Source of the DNA: an uncultured bacterium
GTDB lineage: Bacteria > Actinomycetota > Actinomycetes > S36-B12 > CAIYMF01
DNA length: 64,000 bases
Reading direction: 5' to 3'
NCBI GenBank assembly: GCA_903826575.1
Contig: CAIKEU010000101.1
Location: 6,096-70,095, forward strand
Both the position numbers and the translations under genes were made by a program. The notes beneath the pieces are model-generated. The model had not been told where the DNA came from, did no database searches, and saw only the letters and a list, made by a program, of their open reading frames with translations. Positions 19,986 through 30,301 of this stretch are shown here, piece by piece; position 1 is the stretch's first letter; the number at the start of each line of letters is the position of its first letter.

Positions 19986-20704
19986 CCAGCCACGGTGGCT
20001 CTCCCGGTCTCAACACCGAAAACGATGCCACTGCCACGGTGAATTGCGCGGGTCAATCTCGTACCCCGCTTCCGGCGATGCCGCCCTGGATTGCAGACCT
20101 TGAGCGGGTAGTCCCAACGGTTCGCGCTGAGCAACTGTCGCGATTTTTGCCCCCCGAGCAAGGTGGCCGTCAGGCGGCCGTGTTGATGCTGTTCGGTGAT
20201 GGCCCGCGCGGTCGAGATATCGTGCTGATTCAGCGAGCAGCGACTCTGTCGAGTCACGGCGGTCAGGTCGCATTTCCCGGCGGTGTTGTTGATCCGGAGG
20301 ATGCCGACGCCGTGGAGGCTGCATTACGTGAAGCGCGCGAAGAAATTGGTGTAGACACAAATGGAATCCAGGTCCTTGGCAGTCTGCCCGATCTCTATGT
20401 TCCGCCGTCAAACTTCGTGGTTACTCCTGTCGTCGGCTGGTGGCACACGCTCTCGCCCATAGATGTCGTGGATGTTGGCGAAGTTCATCGGGTTGAGCGG
20501 GTGCCGTTCGAGGAGCTACTCGATCCGCGCAATCGGTTTACTGTGCGCCATCCGTCCGGCTTCACCGGGCCGGGCTTTGAGGTTCACGAGTTGTTTGTGT
20601 GGGGCTTTACCGCTGGCCTGCTGAGTCGAATGTTTGCCCTGCTTGGCTGGGAACGGCCGTGGGATGATCAGGAATTCCGGGATTTGCCGGAGGCTGCACT
20701 GTGA
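19982..20704 (+). CDS. CoA pyrophosphatase (NUDIX)
   Basis: [17 protein letters not shown]...[10 protein letters not shown] and VWGFTA motifs. Start uncertain (TTG 19982 or ATG 20078). Confidence 0.88.
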   Translation: MTSHGGSPGLNTENDATATVNCAGQSRTPLPAMPPWIADLERVVPTVRAEQLSRFLPPEQGGRQAAVLMLFGDGPRGRDIVLIQRAATLSSHGGQVAFPGGVVDPEDADAVEAALREAREEIGVDTNGIQVLGSLPDLYVPPSNFVVTPVVGWWHTLSPIDVVDVGEVHRVERVPFEELLDPRNRFTVRHPSGFTGPGFEVHELFVWGFTAGLLSRMFALLGWERPWDDQEFRDLPEAAL

Positions 20705-21912
20705 ATATTGCTGATGCAGTAGTGATTGGTCTGGCCTTACTGGCTGGGATTTCGGGTTGGCGTTCGGGAATTTTGCGCAGTGCGTTCTCAGCAGTCGGCT
20801 TCGTGCTTGGGGCACTCCTAGGTCTAGTGCTCACTTCACGGCTGCTCGCAGGCATGAGTGGCTTCATGTGGTTCATCGCGGCGGCGGCGCTCGTAGTTGT
20901 AAGCGCGGGAATAGGCCAAGGAGTTCTTGGTCTTCTAGGCACGTGGCTCAAGGGCAAACTCTCGTGGAAGCCGGTCCGGATTCTCGACTCAATGTCGGGA
21001 TCCCTTTTTGCCGTGTCAACGGTTGCGCTGCTCACCTGGCTGCTCGCAGGAACATTCGCCCTGCTGCCGTGGCAGAACGTCTCTCAACAGGTTGATCAGT
21101 CAGTAGTCATTGGGCGACTCGACAATTTGCTCAGCACGCCCGGGGCCAATTTCCTTGATGGGATGCGGGCCCGACTCGAGGCAATGGGGCTCCCACCTTC
21201 GTTGGCTACATTGCCCTGGGGAGTGTCGGCTAACGTCGATGCGCCGGATCCGGCCCTGCTGAAGAACCGCGCGGTTCGACGCGCCTGGGGCTCGCTGGTC
21301 AAAGTTGAGGGCATTGCAACGTCATGCGACGCACAAGTCGACGGCTCCGGTTTCGTTTATGCACCTGACCGGGTCATGACCAATGCACACGTTGTTGCTG
21401 GGGTGGCGCATCCTGATGTGATTGTTCGTGGAACCGGCAAAGTCTGGTCGTCATCTGTGGTCTTTTTTGATGCCAATCGTGACGTGGCCGTTCTATACGT
21501 TCCTGGCCTTAACGCTCCGGTCCTTGAGTTTGCGCCTGCGGCCAAACATGGCGATGCTGCCGTGGTTGCGGGCTTCCCAGGTGGTGGGAAGTTGACGGTC
21601 TCGGCAGCACGCATCAGAGCCCGTGTGACAACTCGCGGTTCGGATATTTACGGTAAGCCCAGCGGGCCGCGCGAAATCTATTCGATTCGCGGAAAAGTAC
21701 GCCCGGGCAATTCTGGTGGGCCACTGCTATCGCCTGATGGCCATGTCGACGGCGTCGTGTTTGCCACCGCCGTGAATGACCCGCAAACGGGTTACGCCTT
21801 GACCTCCGCGGAAGTTGCAACCGCGGCCGCTAAAGGTGCCGTGCGCACTGAGCCGCTACCCGCCGGTTCTTGCGCGACGAAGAACGGATTCGACGAACTG
21901 CACGCGGGATAG
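20701..21912 (+). CDS. marP: MarP-family membrane serine protease (CvpA-like N-terminus + trypsin-like domain)
   Basis: Four TM helices followed by TNAHVV, RDVAVL and GNSGG catalytic motifs. Confidence 0.92.
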   Translation: MNIADAVVIGLALLAGISGWRSGILRSAFSAVGFVLGALLGLVLTSRLLAGMSGFMWFIAAAALVVVSAGIGQGVLGLLGTWLKGKLSWKPVRILDSMSGSLFAVSTVALLTWLLAGTFALLPWQNVSQQVDQSVVIGRLDNLLSTPGANFLDGMRARLEAMGLPPSLATLPWGVSANVDAPDPALLKNRAVRRAWGSLVKVEGIATSCDAQVDGSGFVYAPDRVMTNAHVVAGVAHPDVIVRGTGKVWSSSVVFFDANRDVAVLYVPGLNAPVLEFAPAAKHGDAAVVAGFPGGGKLTVSAARIRARVTTRGSDIYGKPSGPREIYSIRGKVRPGNSGGPLLSPDGHVDGVVFATAVNDPQTGYALTSAEVATAAAKGAVRTEPLPAGSCATKNGFDELHAG

Positions 21913-21944
21913 CGCATCGTGCGACTCGTGCGAGGCGGTAGGGC

Positions 21945-24005
21945 TTACGTCCGGGACCCGGTACTGCGCGAGCCGGCGTTTCCTGCTCCTGAGCGACTTG
22001 GACCGGCCCCGACTGGCCCAGCTCCGACGGGCAGTACATCGTCATCGTCGATCGCGCCAACGAATTGGGCTTGGTACAGGTCGTAGTAGGCACCCTGTCG
22101 TTCAAGTAGTTCGTCGTGGGTTCCTTGTTCGACGATTCGACCCTGCTCCATAACCAAGATCAGATCAGCGTCGCGAATGGTCGACAGGCGATGCGCAATG
22201 ACAAAGCTAGTTCGATCTGCGCGCAGGTTGGCCATCGCCTTTTGGATGAGCACCTCGGTACGTGTATCTACCGAGCTGGTCGCTTCGTCAAGAATAAGTA
22301 GTGAAGGCTTGGCAAGGAATGCGCGAGCGATCGTTATGAGCTGTCGCTCACCGGTCGAGACGTTGCTGCCCTCTTCATCGATCAGAGTGTCGTAGCCATC
22401 GGGCAGTGCGCGAACGAATCGGTCTACGTACGCGGCTTTCGCTGCGTCAACAATTTCTTCCTCGCTGGCATCCGGTCGACCGTATGCGATGTTCTCGCGA
22501 ATTGTGCCGCCGAATAGCCACGTATCCTGAAGCACCATGCCGATTTCTTCGCGCAGACCGGCGCGAGTCATCTGCGTTGTGTCGACGCCGTCGAGGGTGA
22601 TTCGGCCGGCGTCGATGTCGTAAAAGCGCATGATGAGATTGACCAGCGTTGTCTTGCCTGCGCCCGTAGGGCCAACTATTGCAACGGATTGCCCGGGTGC
22701 GGCAACGAGGGACAGATCTTCTATCAGTGGCGTATCAGCTTGGTAACGGAACGAAACATGTTCAAAGGTGACTCGCCCATCCGGGGCGTCCACGACGATC
22801 GGGTGAGCCGGATCTAAAGACTGATCGGGTGCGTCGAGGAGTTCAAATACACGTTCTGCTGAAGCAACGCCGGACTGAAGCAGGTTCGACATTGACGCCA
22901 CTTGCGTCAGCGGTTGGCTGAACTGGCGGGAGTACTGGATGAACGCCTGTACATCGCCAAGGGACATGCTGCCGGAAGCGACCTTGAGACCGCCGATGAC
23001 AGCGATGAACACGTAGTTCAGATTTCCAATGAACTGGATGGCCGGCATGATGATCCCGGAAAGGAACTGAGCACCGGAACTTGCCGTGTAGAGCGCCTCG
23101 TTCTTCTCAGCGAACGTTGCGTCGGCCTCCTCTTGGTGCCCGAAAACCTTAACCAGAGCGTGCCCGGTGTACACCTCTTCGATCGTCGCGTTCAGATGGC
23201 CAGTTTGAGCCCACTGTTCGATGAACAGGGGCTGAGAGCGCTTGGCAATCATCGCCGTCACGACGATCGACAGTGGGACGGAGATAAGCGCGACAAGCGC
23301 TAAGACGGGCGAGATCCAGAGCATCATCCCAAGCACGCCAACTAGCGTTAAAACAGAGCTGAGCAGTTGGCTGAAAGTTTGCTGCATTGTTTGCTGGATG
23401 TTGTCGATGTCGTTGGTCACCCGGCTCAGTAATTCGCCGCGAGCGACAGTGTCGTAATAATTAAGTGGAAGTCGATGCAGCTTGTCTTCAATGCTGGTGC
23501 GCATTCGTAGCGCGGTTCGTTGAACAACTCCGTTAAGGACGTAGGCCTGCGCCCACATGCACAGCGAAGCCAAAACATAGAGCCCGAGTACGATCAGCAG
23601 GACGTGGGCGAGGCGTGAAAAGTCGATGCCTTGACCAGGAACCACGTTCATCCCTGAGATCAAGTCGGCCTCGCCGTGTTGACCCTTGGCGTTCAACTCC
23701 GCTACCACTTGATCCTTGCTCACTCCTGCGGGAAGCATCTTTCCGATAATGCCTTCGAAGATGATGTTTGTTGCATTACCAAGGATTTTCGGCCCAACGA
23801 CGCTAAACGTGACACTGCCTACTGTCAGGATCATGACGAGAATCACCAGCGGTCGTTCTGGTTGCAGATAGCCTAAGAGGCGACGTGCTGAGGGCCAGAA
23901 GTTCATCGACTTCTCGGCCGGCTGCCCGGCCCCCATCATGTGGGCCGGGCCACGGGTGGGTCCTTGTGGACGGTTGGGGATTCGTGCGGGTGCGGGAGTA
24001 CTCAT
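21945..24005 (-). CDS. ABC exporter ATP-binding/permease subunit
   Basis: TMD + NBD; [15 protein letters not shown] and IAHRL motifs; degenerate signature STGERQ. ATG 24005 is coupled to the upstream stop. Confidence 0.93.
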   Translation of the reverse strand: MSTPAPARIPNRPQGPTRGPAHMMGAGQPAEKSMNFWPSARRLLGYLQPERPLVILVMILTVGSVTFSVVGPKILGNATNIIFEGIIGKMLPAGVSKDQVVAELNAKGQHGEADLISGMNVVPGQGIDFSRLAHVLLIVLGLYVLASLCMWAQAYVLNGVVQRTALRMRTSIEDKLHRLPLNYYDTVARGELLSRVTNDIDNIQQTMQQTFSQLLSSVLTLVGVLGMMLWISPVLALVALISVPLSIVVTAMIAKRSQPLFIEQWAQTGHLNATIEEVYTGHALVKVFGHQEEADATFAEKNEALYTASSGAQFLSGIIMPAIQFIGNLNYVFIAVIGGLKVASGSMSLGDVQAFIQYSRQFSQPLTQVASMSNLLQSGVASAERVFELLDAPDQSLDPAHPIVVDAPDGRVTFEHVSFRYQADTPLIEDLSLVAAPGQSVAIVGPTGAGKTTLVNLIMRFYDIDAGRITLDGVDTTQMTRAGLREEIGMVLQDTWLFGGTIRENIAYGRPDASEEEIVDAAKAAYVDRFVRALPDGYDTLIDEEGSNVSTGERQLITIARAFLAKPSLLILDEATSSVDTRTEVLIQKAMANLRADRTSFVIAHRLSTIRDADLILVMEQGRIVEQGTHDELLERQGAYYDLYQAQFVGAIDDDDVLPVGAGPVGAGPSRSGAGNAGSRSTGSRT

Positions 24006-25735
24006 GCTGCGGCTCCTGCTGGCATCTGGGATTCGACGATCTCCGTGTACGTCGGACACGTGATGACCAACTCATCGTGTGTTCCGATGCCGACGATGTT
24101 TCCGTCGTCAAGAACGACGATTTGATCCGCGTCCAGAATGCTTGAAACGCGTTGGGCCACAACCAGAACCGTCGAGTGTCTCGTCACCGGTTTCAACGCT
24201 GCCCGCAGTCGGGCGTCGGTAGCAAGATCCAAAGCTGAGAAAGAATCGTCGAACAGGTAGATCTGCGGGCCGCGAATGACGGCCCGGGCAATAGCAAGCC
24301 GCTGACGCTGTCCACCCGAAAAGTTTGACCCGCCCTGCGAAACGGGTGCTTCTAACCCTTCGGGCAAAGCGCGGACGAAGTCGTCAGCCTGTGCGATCGT
24401 CAGCGCCGCCCAGATTTCGTCGTCGGTTGCGTCTGGCTTTCCATAGCGCAGGTTGCTGGCAATGGTTCCAGTAAATAAGAACGCCTTTTGCGGGACGAGC
24501 CCGATGCGTGAATTGAGAACGTGCGGGTCCAGTTGACGAACATCAACCCCATCGACGAGAACTGAACCAGACGTAACGTCGAAAAGCCTTGGAACCAGTG
24601 AGATGAGTGTGGTCTTACCTGATCCGGTACTTCCGATGATTGCGGTGGTCTGCCCAGCGCGGGCGGTAAACGTGATGTCCGACAGCACCGAATCTGTTGC
24701 GCCGGGGTACTGGAATCCTGCCGATCGCATCTCAACACCGGTATGTGCCCCCAGTTGTGAAATCGGGTTCGTCGGGGCGACTAAGGACGAATCGGTGTCG
24801 AGCACCTCGCTAATGCGCTCAGCGCAGACTGCCGCGCGGGGGATCAAGACCAGCATGAACGTGGCCATCATGATCGACATCAAGATCTGCACAAGGTAGC
24901 TGAGGAAAGCCGTCAGCGATCCAATCTGCATATCGCCGGCATCAATTCGCGCTGCGCCGAACCAGAGCACCGCAACGCTAGAGACGTTCAGCACCAACAT
25001 GACGATGGGGAACATCAAGGCCATTAACTTGCCGACGGCCAAAGACGCTTCGGTGAGTTGGCCATTGGCATCTGCGAAGCGAAGGTTCTCTTCGGGTTCG
25101 CGCACGAAAGCACGAATCACGCGGATACCGGTGATCTGTTCGCGCAGCACGCGATTGACGGTGTCGAGCCGCTTTTGCATGCGTCGGAACTGCGGCACCA
25201 TGCGCGAGACGATCAGCCCAATCGCCGCGACCAAGACCACCACGCTCAGGACAATGAGCCACGCCAGGCCAACGTCCTGGCGAAGAGCCATGACGATGCC
25301 GCCGACACACATGATTGGGGCGGAGACCATCATCGTGCAGGTGAGAAGCACCAGCATTTGAACCTGCTGCACGTCGTTCGTCGTTCGTGTGATCAGTGAT
25401 GGTGCCCCGAATTTAGTGACTTCACGAGCCGAGAATGTGCCCACTTTGTGGAAAACCGCGGCGCGGACGTCTCGACCAAAACCCATTGCGCTGCGCGCAC
25501 CGAAGTACACCGCGGCGATCGTGCACAGCACTTGGACGAAAGTAATCGCGAGCATGATCGATCCGATGCTCAGGATCTTCTGCGTATCGCCTTGTGCAAC
25601 GCCCTTATCGATGATGTCAGCGTTCAAGGTGGGTAAGTACAGCGTGGCGATTGTCCCGAGGAATTGCAGGACGACGACCACAAGCAGTGCACCCTTGTAG
25701 GGAGCCAGATAGCGCCGTAGGAGTGAGATGAGCAC
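24002..25735 (-). CDS. ABC exporter ATP-binding/permease subunit (degenerate-site partner of a heterodimer)
   Basis: GSTGSGKT and FSGGQRQ motifs; Walker B FDDS (no catalytic Glu) and H-switch replaced by VAQR. Confidence 0.93.
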   Translation of the reverse strand: MLISLLRRYLAPYKGALLVVVVLQFLGTIATLYLPTLNADIIDKGVAQGDTQKILSIGSIMLAITFVQVLCTIAAVYFGARSAMGFGRDVRAAVFHKVGTFSAREVTKFGAPSLITRTTNDVQQVQMLVLLTCTMMVSAPIMCVGGIVMALRQDVGLAWLIVLSVVVLVAAIGLIVSRMVPQFRRMQKRLDTVNRVLREQITGIRVIRAFVREPEENLRFADANGQLTEASLAVGKLMALMFPIVMLVLNVSSVAVLWFGAARIDAGDMQIGSLTAFLSYLVQILMSIMMATFMLVLIPRAAVCAERISEVLDTDSSLVAPTNPISQLGAHTGVEMRSAGFQYPGATDSVLSDITFTARAGQTTAIIGSTGSGKTTLISLVPRLFDVTSGSVLVDGVDVRQLDPHVLNSRIGLVPQKAFLFTGTIASNLRYGKPDATDDEIWAALTIAQADDFVRALPEGLEAPVSQGGSNFSGGQRQRLAIARAVIRGPQIYLFDDSFSALDLATDARLRAALKPVTRHSTVLVVAQRVSSILDADQIVVLDDGNIVGIGTHDELVITCPTYTEIVESQMPAGAAA

Positions 25736-25819
25736 AGGTTCTCCGAGTCGTTAGTAGGACTCCATCATCGGGTACAACACCGGGATGATTCGCGTTCATT
25801 TCCAGATCGATCAAGATCT

Positions 25820-26740
25820 TTAGTGATCCGCATAGGCGAGCCACTCAAGGAGTATGTTGTTGAAGCCAGCTGGATCTTCCTCGTGCGGGAAGTGACCGAC
25901 GTTGGCCATGTCCATTCGACGGTAGGACCCGCCCGCATAAGACTCCGAACCGATCAAACTACGGGGCAGTATGGCGCCATCATTGACGCCGTGGATCTGC
26001 AGGACCGGTGGTGAAACTGGTTGCGCCACCGCAGCCTGAAATTGCCGACCGTCTCGTCGTGGGATCGATCGCACTGCCCATCGATGGAATTCCACGGAGC
26101 AGTGGGCGGTGTTTGGGATGAGCATTGCCGCCCTGTACACCGCAGCGGTCTGCTCGTCAGGCCACGATGATCCAGACCAACGGCGAAGATAGTCCGCTAC
26201 CGCGGCTGCGTCGTTGGCCGTTAGCTGCCGCTCGGGGATGAACGGACTCTGCAGGCCCCAGATATAGCGTGCCCTCTTACGCTGCTCGGCATCACCGACG
26301 AATGCGTTGCGCAGTAGGGCAGGGTGAGGCATCCCCACCACGCCAATCCCACGAATTAGGGATGGCTCAGTAGCTGCGATCGTCCAAGCAACAACCGCGC
26401 CCCAACCTTGGCCGACTACTACGGCTTCCCGCGCTCCGAGAGCGCGGATGATGCCAGCGGTATCTGCTGCCAAAGTTAGCGGGTCATATCCATGTGGGGT
26501 GTGGTCGCTACCACCGTAACCGCGCACATCGACGGACACGGCTCGGTAGCCGGCCTCGGCCAATGCTGTCATCTGATGTCGCCATGTCCACCAAAACATC
26601 GGGAAGCCGTGTAGGAAGACGACTAGCGGTCCGTCACCGGATTCAGCGATATGAAAGCGACATGAGTTAGCCGTAATATCGCGATGAGTCCACGGTCCGT
26701 CGGGACGGATGACCGAAAGCGGATCAGGGATTGCATTCAC
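25820..26740 (-). CDS. Alpha/beta hydrolase (epoxide hydrolase-like, Rv3670-like)
   Basis: LHGFPMFWWTW, DVRGYG, GQGWGA and GHFPHEE motifs. Confidence 0.88.
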   Translation of the reverse strand: MNAIPDPLSVIRPDGPWTHRDITANSCRFHIAESGDGPLVVFLHGFPMFWWTWRHQMTALAEAGYRAVSVDVRGYGGSDHTPHGYDPLTLAADTAGIIRALGAREAVVVGQGWGAVVAWTIAATEPSLIRGIGVVGMPHPALLRNAFVGDAEQRKRARYIWGLQSPFIPERQLTANDAAAVADYLRRWSGSSWPDEQTAAVYRAAMLIPNTAHCSVEFHRWAVRSIPRRDGRQFQAAVAQPVSPPVLQIHGVNDGAILPRSLIGSESYAGGSYRRMDMANVGHFPHEEDPAGFNNILLEWLAYADH

Positions 26741-26771
26741 AGGTTTCTAGACCGCCCACGTGAGGGGTTTT

Positions 26772-27158
26772 CTAGGCTCCGGTTTGCTTGGAAATTAACT
26801 CGCGCGTCTTTGCCAGCGACTCGTTCGATCGCGCAAGACCTTTGACCTCTTGTAACTGCTTACGTCCAAGCAGACCAAGGATCACCGCAATGATCGTCAG
26901 AACCAGCGTAACGATGCCAAAGGCACCCCAGTTGGGAAGACCTAGTTGCACCAAAATCCATGCGAAGGTCAGGAGCAGGAACAGCCCCGCCATCGATGCC
27001 ACCGCGGCAGCCCCGGCGAGTAATCCGGCGCCCTTTGACGCGACTTGAGCACTGTCGCGGAGTTCGGTCTTGGCCAGTTCGATTTCACCGCGGATGAGCG
27101 TGGACATGTCCTCGGTCACCCCTGCGACCAAATTACCCAGCGACTGCTTGTCAGCCAT
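26772..27158 (-). CDS. Actinobacterial holin-X family membrane protein
   Basis: SLGNLV...STLIRGEIELAKTE followed by two TM helices; AAGGAGG RBS before ATG 27158. Confidence 0.85.
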   Translation of the reverse strand: MADKQSLGNLVAGVTEDMSTLIRGEIELAKTELRDSAQVASKGAGLLAGAAAVASMAGLFLLLTFAWILVQLGLPNWGAFGIVTLVLTIIAVILGLLGRKQLQEVKGLARSNESLAKTRELISKQTGA

Positions 27159-27309
27159 GGTCCCTACCTCCTTAGCTCCGCCGACTTTCGTCGACGTCAC
27201 GATCTAGCACAGCAATCTCGTTTGGTGCCCTAGCGGTGCGATGTCTATACGATCTAGGTACGAGGTTACCGGGCGGGACGCCAACGCGGCCCCCCGCATA
27301 CGGTCAGAC

Positions 27310-29265
27310 CTAGTCCTCGTTCGCGTTCGCGCTCGAAAGGCCCTGACCGATCAGGTTCATCACAGTCGGATCAGCGAGGGTTGTGACGTCTCCCATGACG
27401 CGGTTCTCGGCTACATCTCGAAGAAGTCGACGCATGATTTTGCCCGAGCGCGTTTTCGGGAGTTCGGGTACGACGAGAATCTGGCGCGGTTTGGCGATCG
27501 GGCCAATTTCCTGAGCTACGTGATTGCGAAGCACCATGACGATGTCGTCTCCGACCTCGGCGTCTGAGCGCAGAATGACGAATGCCACGATGCCTTGGCC
27601 CGTCATTTCGTCGTTCGCGCCAACAACGGCCGCTTCAGCAACTGCCGGGTGAGACACCAGCGCTGACTCGACTTCGGTGGTTGAGATTCGGTGTCCAGAG
27701 ACGTTCATGACGTCATCAACGCGACCCAGTAGCCAGATCGCGCCATCTTCGTCCAGCTTTGAGCCATCACCAGCGAAGTACTTGCCGGCAAAGCGCGACC
27801 AGTACGTCTCTACGTAGCGATCGTTGTCTCCCCAGATTCCACGAAGCATCGACGGCCACGGCTCAGTGAGCACTAGGTACCCGCCACCACCGTTTCCAAC
27901 CTCACGTTCCTCGTCGTCCAACACGGCCATGCTGATGCCAGGAATCGGAATCATTGCCGATCCTGGTTTGGTCGCGGTAACGCCCGGCAGGGGGCTGATC
28001 ATGATGGCGCCAGTTTCCGTCTGCCACCAGGTGTCGACGATGGGGCAGCGATCGCCGCCGATGACGCTGCGGTACCACATCCACGCTTCGGGATTGATCG
28101 GTTCACCGACCGATCCAAGGAGGCGAAGTGACGTCAGGTCGTAGCTGTTGGGGATGTCGTCGCCCCACTTCATGAACGTGCGGATTGCTGTCGGCGCGGT
28201 GTAGAGGATCGTGACGCCGTACTTCTGGACGAGTTCCCACCAGCGGCCGTTATGTGGTGAATCTGGAGTGCCCTCGTACATCAGTGACGTAGCGCGGTTA
28301 GCAAGTGGGCCGTAAACGACATAGGAGTGGCCGGTCACCCAGCCGATATCTGCCGTGCACCAGTACACGTCAGTGTCCGGCTTGAGATCGAAGACGTTGC
28401 GGTGGGTGTACGCGGCCTGAGTTAGGTAGCCGCCCGTTGTGTGCAAAATGCCCTTGGGCTTGCCGGTAGTTCCCGACGTGTAGAGGATGAACAGGGGATG
28501 TTCAGCGTCGAATGCCTTGGGCTCATGTGTTGTGGGCTGTGATCCAACGAGTTCATGCCACCACACGTCCTTGGTCGTCCACTCGACGTCCTGACCGGTG
28601 CGACGAACCACCAAGACGTTTTCCACCGACGGTGAGGCCGCCACGGCCTCATCCACTGCCGGCTTGAGAGCCATTGGCTTGCCCTTGCGGTTTCCACCAT
28701 CGGCGGTGATGACGAGCTTTGCTTCAGCGTCCTCGATCCGCGAACGCAGTGCCTCAGCGGAGAAGCCACCAAAGACCACTGAATGCACCGCTCCGATTCG
28801 CGCGCAAGCCAGCATCGCCACGGCTGCCTCGGGAATCATCGGCAAGTAGATGGCGACGCGGTCACCTTCTTTCACGCCAAGTGACTCGAGTGCGTTCGCA
28901 GCCTGCGACACCTGCGCCAAGAGGTCTGAGTAGGTGATGGTCTGCGTATCGCCTGGCTCACCTTCGAAGTAGTAAGCGATCTGATCACCATGGCCGGCCG
29001 AGACGTGACGATCGACGCAGTTCACACTGACATTGAGCTTGCCTCCGTCGAACCAGCGCGCGAACGGGGCGTTGGACCAGTCCAGCGTTGTCGTCCACGG
29101 GGTGTCCCACGTGAGGTTGCCGGCCTGCTTATCCCAGAAAGCGAGCCGATCGTCCTTAGCCTCGTCGTACAGGGCCGCAGTGGCATTTGCCTGCGCGGCA
29201 AACTCAACCGACGGGGGGAAAGCGCGGTCCTCGTGCAGCAGATTTTCAAGGGCCTCGTTGCTCAC
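27310..29265 (-). CDS. acs: Acetyl-CoA synthetase
   Basis: [26 protein letters not shown] and [12 protein letters not shown] motifs; AAGGAG RBS before GTG 29265. Confidence 0.97.
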   Translation of the reverse strand: MSNEALENLLHEDRAFPPSVEFAAQANATAALYDEAKDDRLAFWDKQAGNLTWDTPWTTTLDWSNAPFARWFDGGKLNVSVNCVDRHVSAGHGDQIAYYFEGEPGDTQTITYSDLLAQVSQAANALESLGVKEGDRVAIYLPMIPEAAVAMLACARIGAVHSVVFGGFSAEALRSRIEDAEAKLVITADGGNRKGKPMALKPAVDEAVAASPSVENVLVVRRTGQDVEWTTKDVWWHELVGSQPTTHEPKAFDAEHPLFILYTSGTTGKPKGILHTTGGYLTQAAYTHRNVFDLKPDTDVYWCTADIGWVTGHSYVVYGPLANRATSLMYEGTPDSPHNGRWWELVQKYGVTILYTAPTAIRTFMKWGDDIPNSYDLTSLRLLGSVGEPINPEAWMWYRSVIGGDRCPIVDTWWQTETGAIMISPLPGVTATKPGSAMIPIPGISMAVLDDEEREVGNGGGGYLVLTEPWPSMLRGIWGDNDRYVETYWSRFAGKYFAGDGSKLDEDGAIWLLGRVDDVMNVSGHRISTTEVESALVSHPAVAEAAVVGANDEMTGQGIVAFVILRSDAEVGDDIVMVLRNHVAQEIGPIAKPRQILVVPELPKTRSGKIMRRLLRDVAENRVMGDVTTLADPTVMNLIGQGLSSANANED

Positions 29266-29485
29266 GGCTCGCTCCTTCATTGTTCTGACGTCTTGGCCTG
29301 ATGCATTCGTCGTCAACGCGGCCTGCCCGGTCGCGCGTTCACACTTTGTACTGGTTCACAGTAGTGCGTGTTTGGTTTTACCCCACGGAAGCCCGCTGCG
29401 GCTAGTACGCAAGATTCAAGAGTTGTGAATCACGTCGAAGGAACAGGATCTGAACTTCCAGATCGGGCAGCGTACGGTTGTCGTC

Positions 29486-30301
29486 GTGCCCGATGACGTT
29501 CTTGCTCCACTTGTTGATTTGCCTGGTGTGACCGAGGCCATTGAGCGTGCTCGGGCTGCGGTTGATTCGGTCCTGTGGGATCGAGCGATGCGGCAACGTG
29601 CGAGCGATATCGCAGCGCGCTCGCAGCTTCGAGGGGCATGGGCAACCTCGGCGATCGACGGGGCCGAAGTACGCCCCGACGCCCTGGTGTCGGGTGAAGC
29701 TCTGGACGGCTCTCCAATTGGCAATGTGGTTGCTGCGGCCTGTGCACTACAAGCGGAGATCCCTCGTAATGTTGATACTTTCGGCAAAGCTCCGCTTCAG
29801 GTTATTTCACGGCTTCACGCCGTCGTCTCAGTCGATTTTGTCAGCGCAGACGATCGAGGACGTGTGCGAACTGAGCGGGAGGCTGACGATCCGCTGCGCC
29901 TGCCCGATCTGCCAAAAGCGGCCGAGGCCGCTGCGCGGCTAACTGCGTTGTCTCGATTACTGGTTGCGCCAACGACCGCTCCCGCGCTGGTGGTAGCCGC
30001 CGTAGCGCACGCCGAAATTGCCGTGACTCGGCCATTCGCTTGGGGATCAGGTCTGGTCGCTCGAGCGATGACGCGATTGGTCTGTGCGTCTCGTGGTGTT
30101 GATCCCGACTGTTGGACGGTGAGTGAGGCCGGTATTTTTGCAGCTGGGCGACCGAAGTACACCGCAGCACTGCGCGCCTACCAATCAGCGACGCCTGAAG
30201 GGTTAGCCGAATGGTTGATTCTGCATGCGGATGCTGTTCGGGTTGGCGCTGACGAGAGTCGGCGAATCTTCGTCGATCTACCAGCCGCTGGGACGACCTA
30301 G
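29486..30301 (+). CDS. Fic-like (Fido) protein with degenerate motif
   Basis: AHAEIAVTRPFAWGSGLVARA occupies the position of the HPFxxGNGRxxR motif; conserved location between acs and the HAD gene. Confidence 0.7.
   Translation: MPDDVLAPLVDLPGVTEAIERARAAVDSVLWDRAMRQRASDIAARSQLRGAWATSAIDGAEVRPDALVSGEALDGSPIGNVVAAACALQAEIPRNVDTFGKAPLQVISRLHAVVSVDFVSADDRGRVRTEREADDPLRLPDLPKAAEAAARLTALSRLLVAPTTAPALVVAAVAHAEIAVTRPFAWGSGLVARAMTRLVCASRGVDPDCWTVSEAGIFAAGRPKYTAALRAYQSATPEGLAEWLILHADAVRVGADESRRIFVDLPAAGTT

Noticed and set aside
26772-27158. Prophage suggested by a 'holin'
   Set aside because: Holin-X family genes are core at this actinobacterial locus; no phage structural, lysis or integrase genes are nearby.
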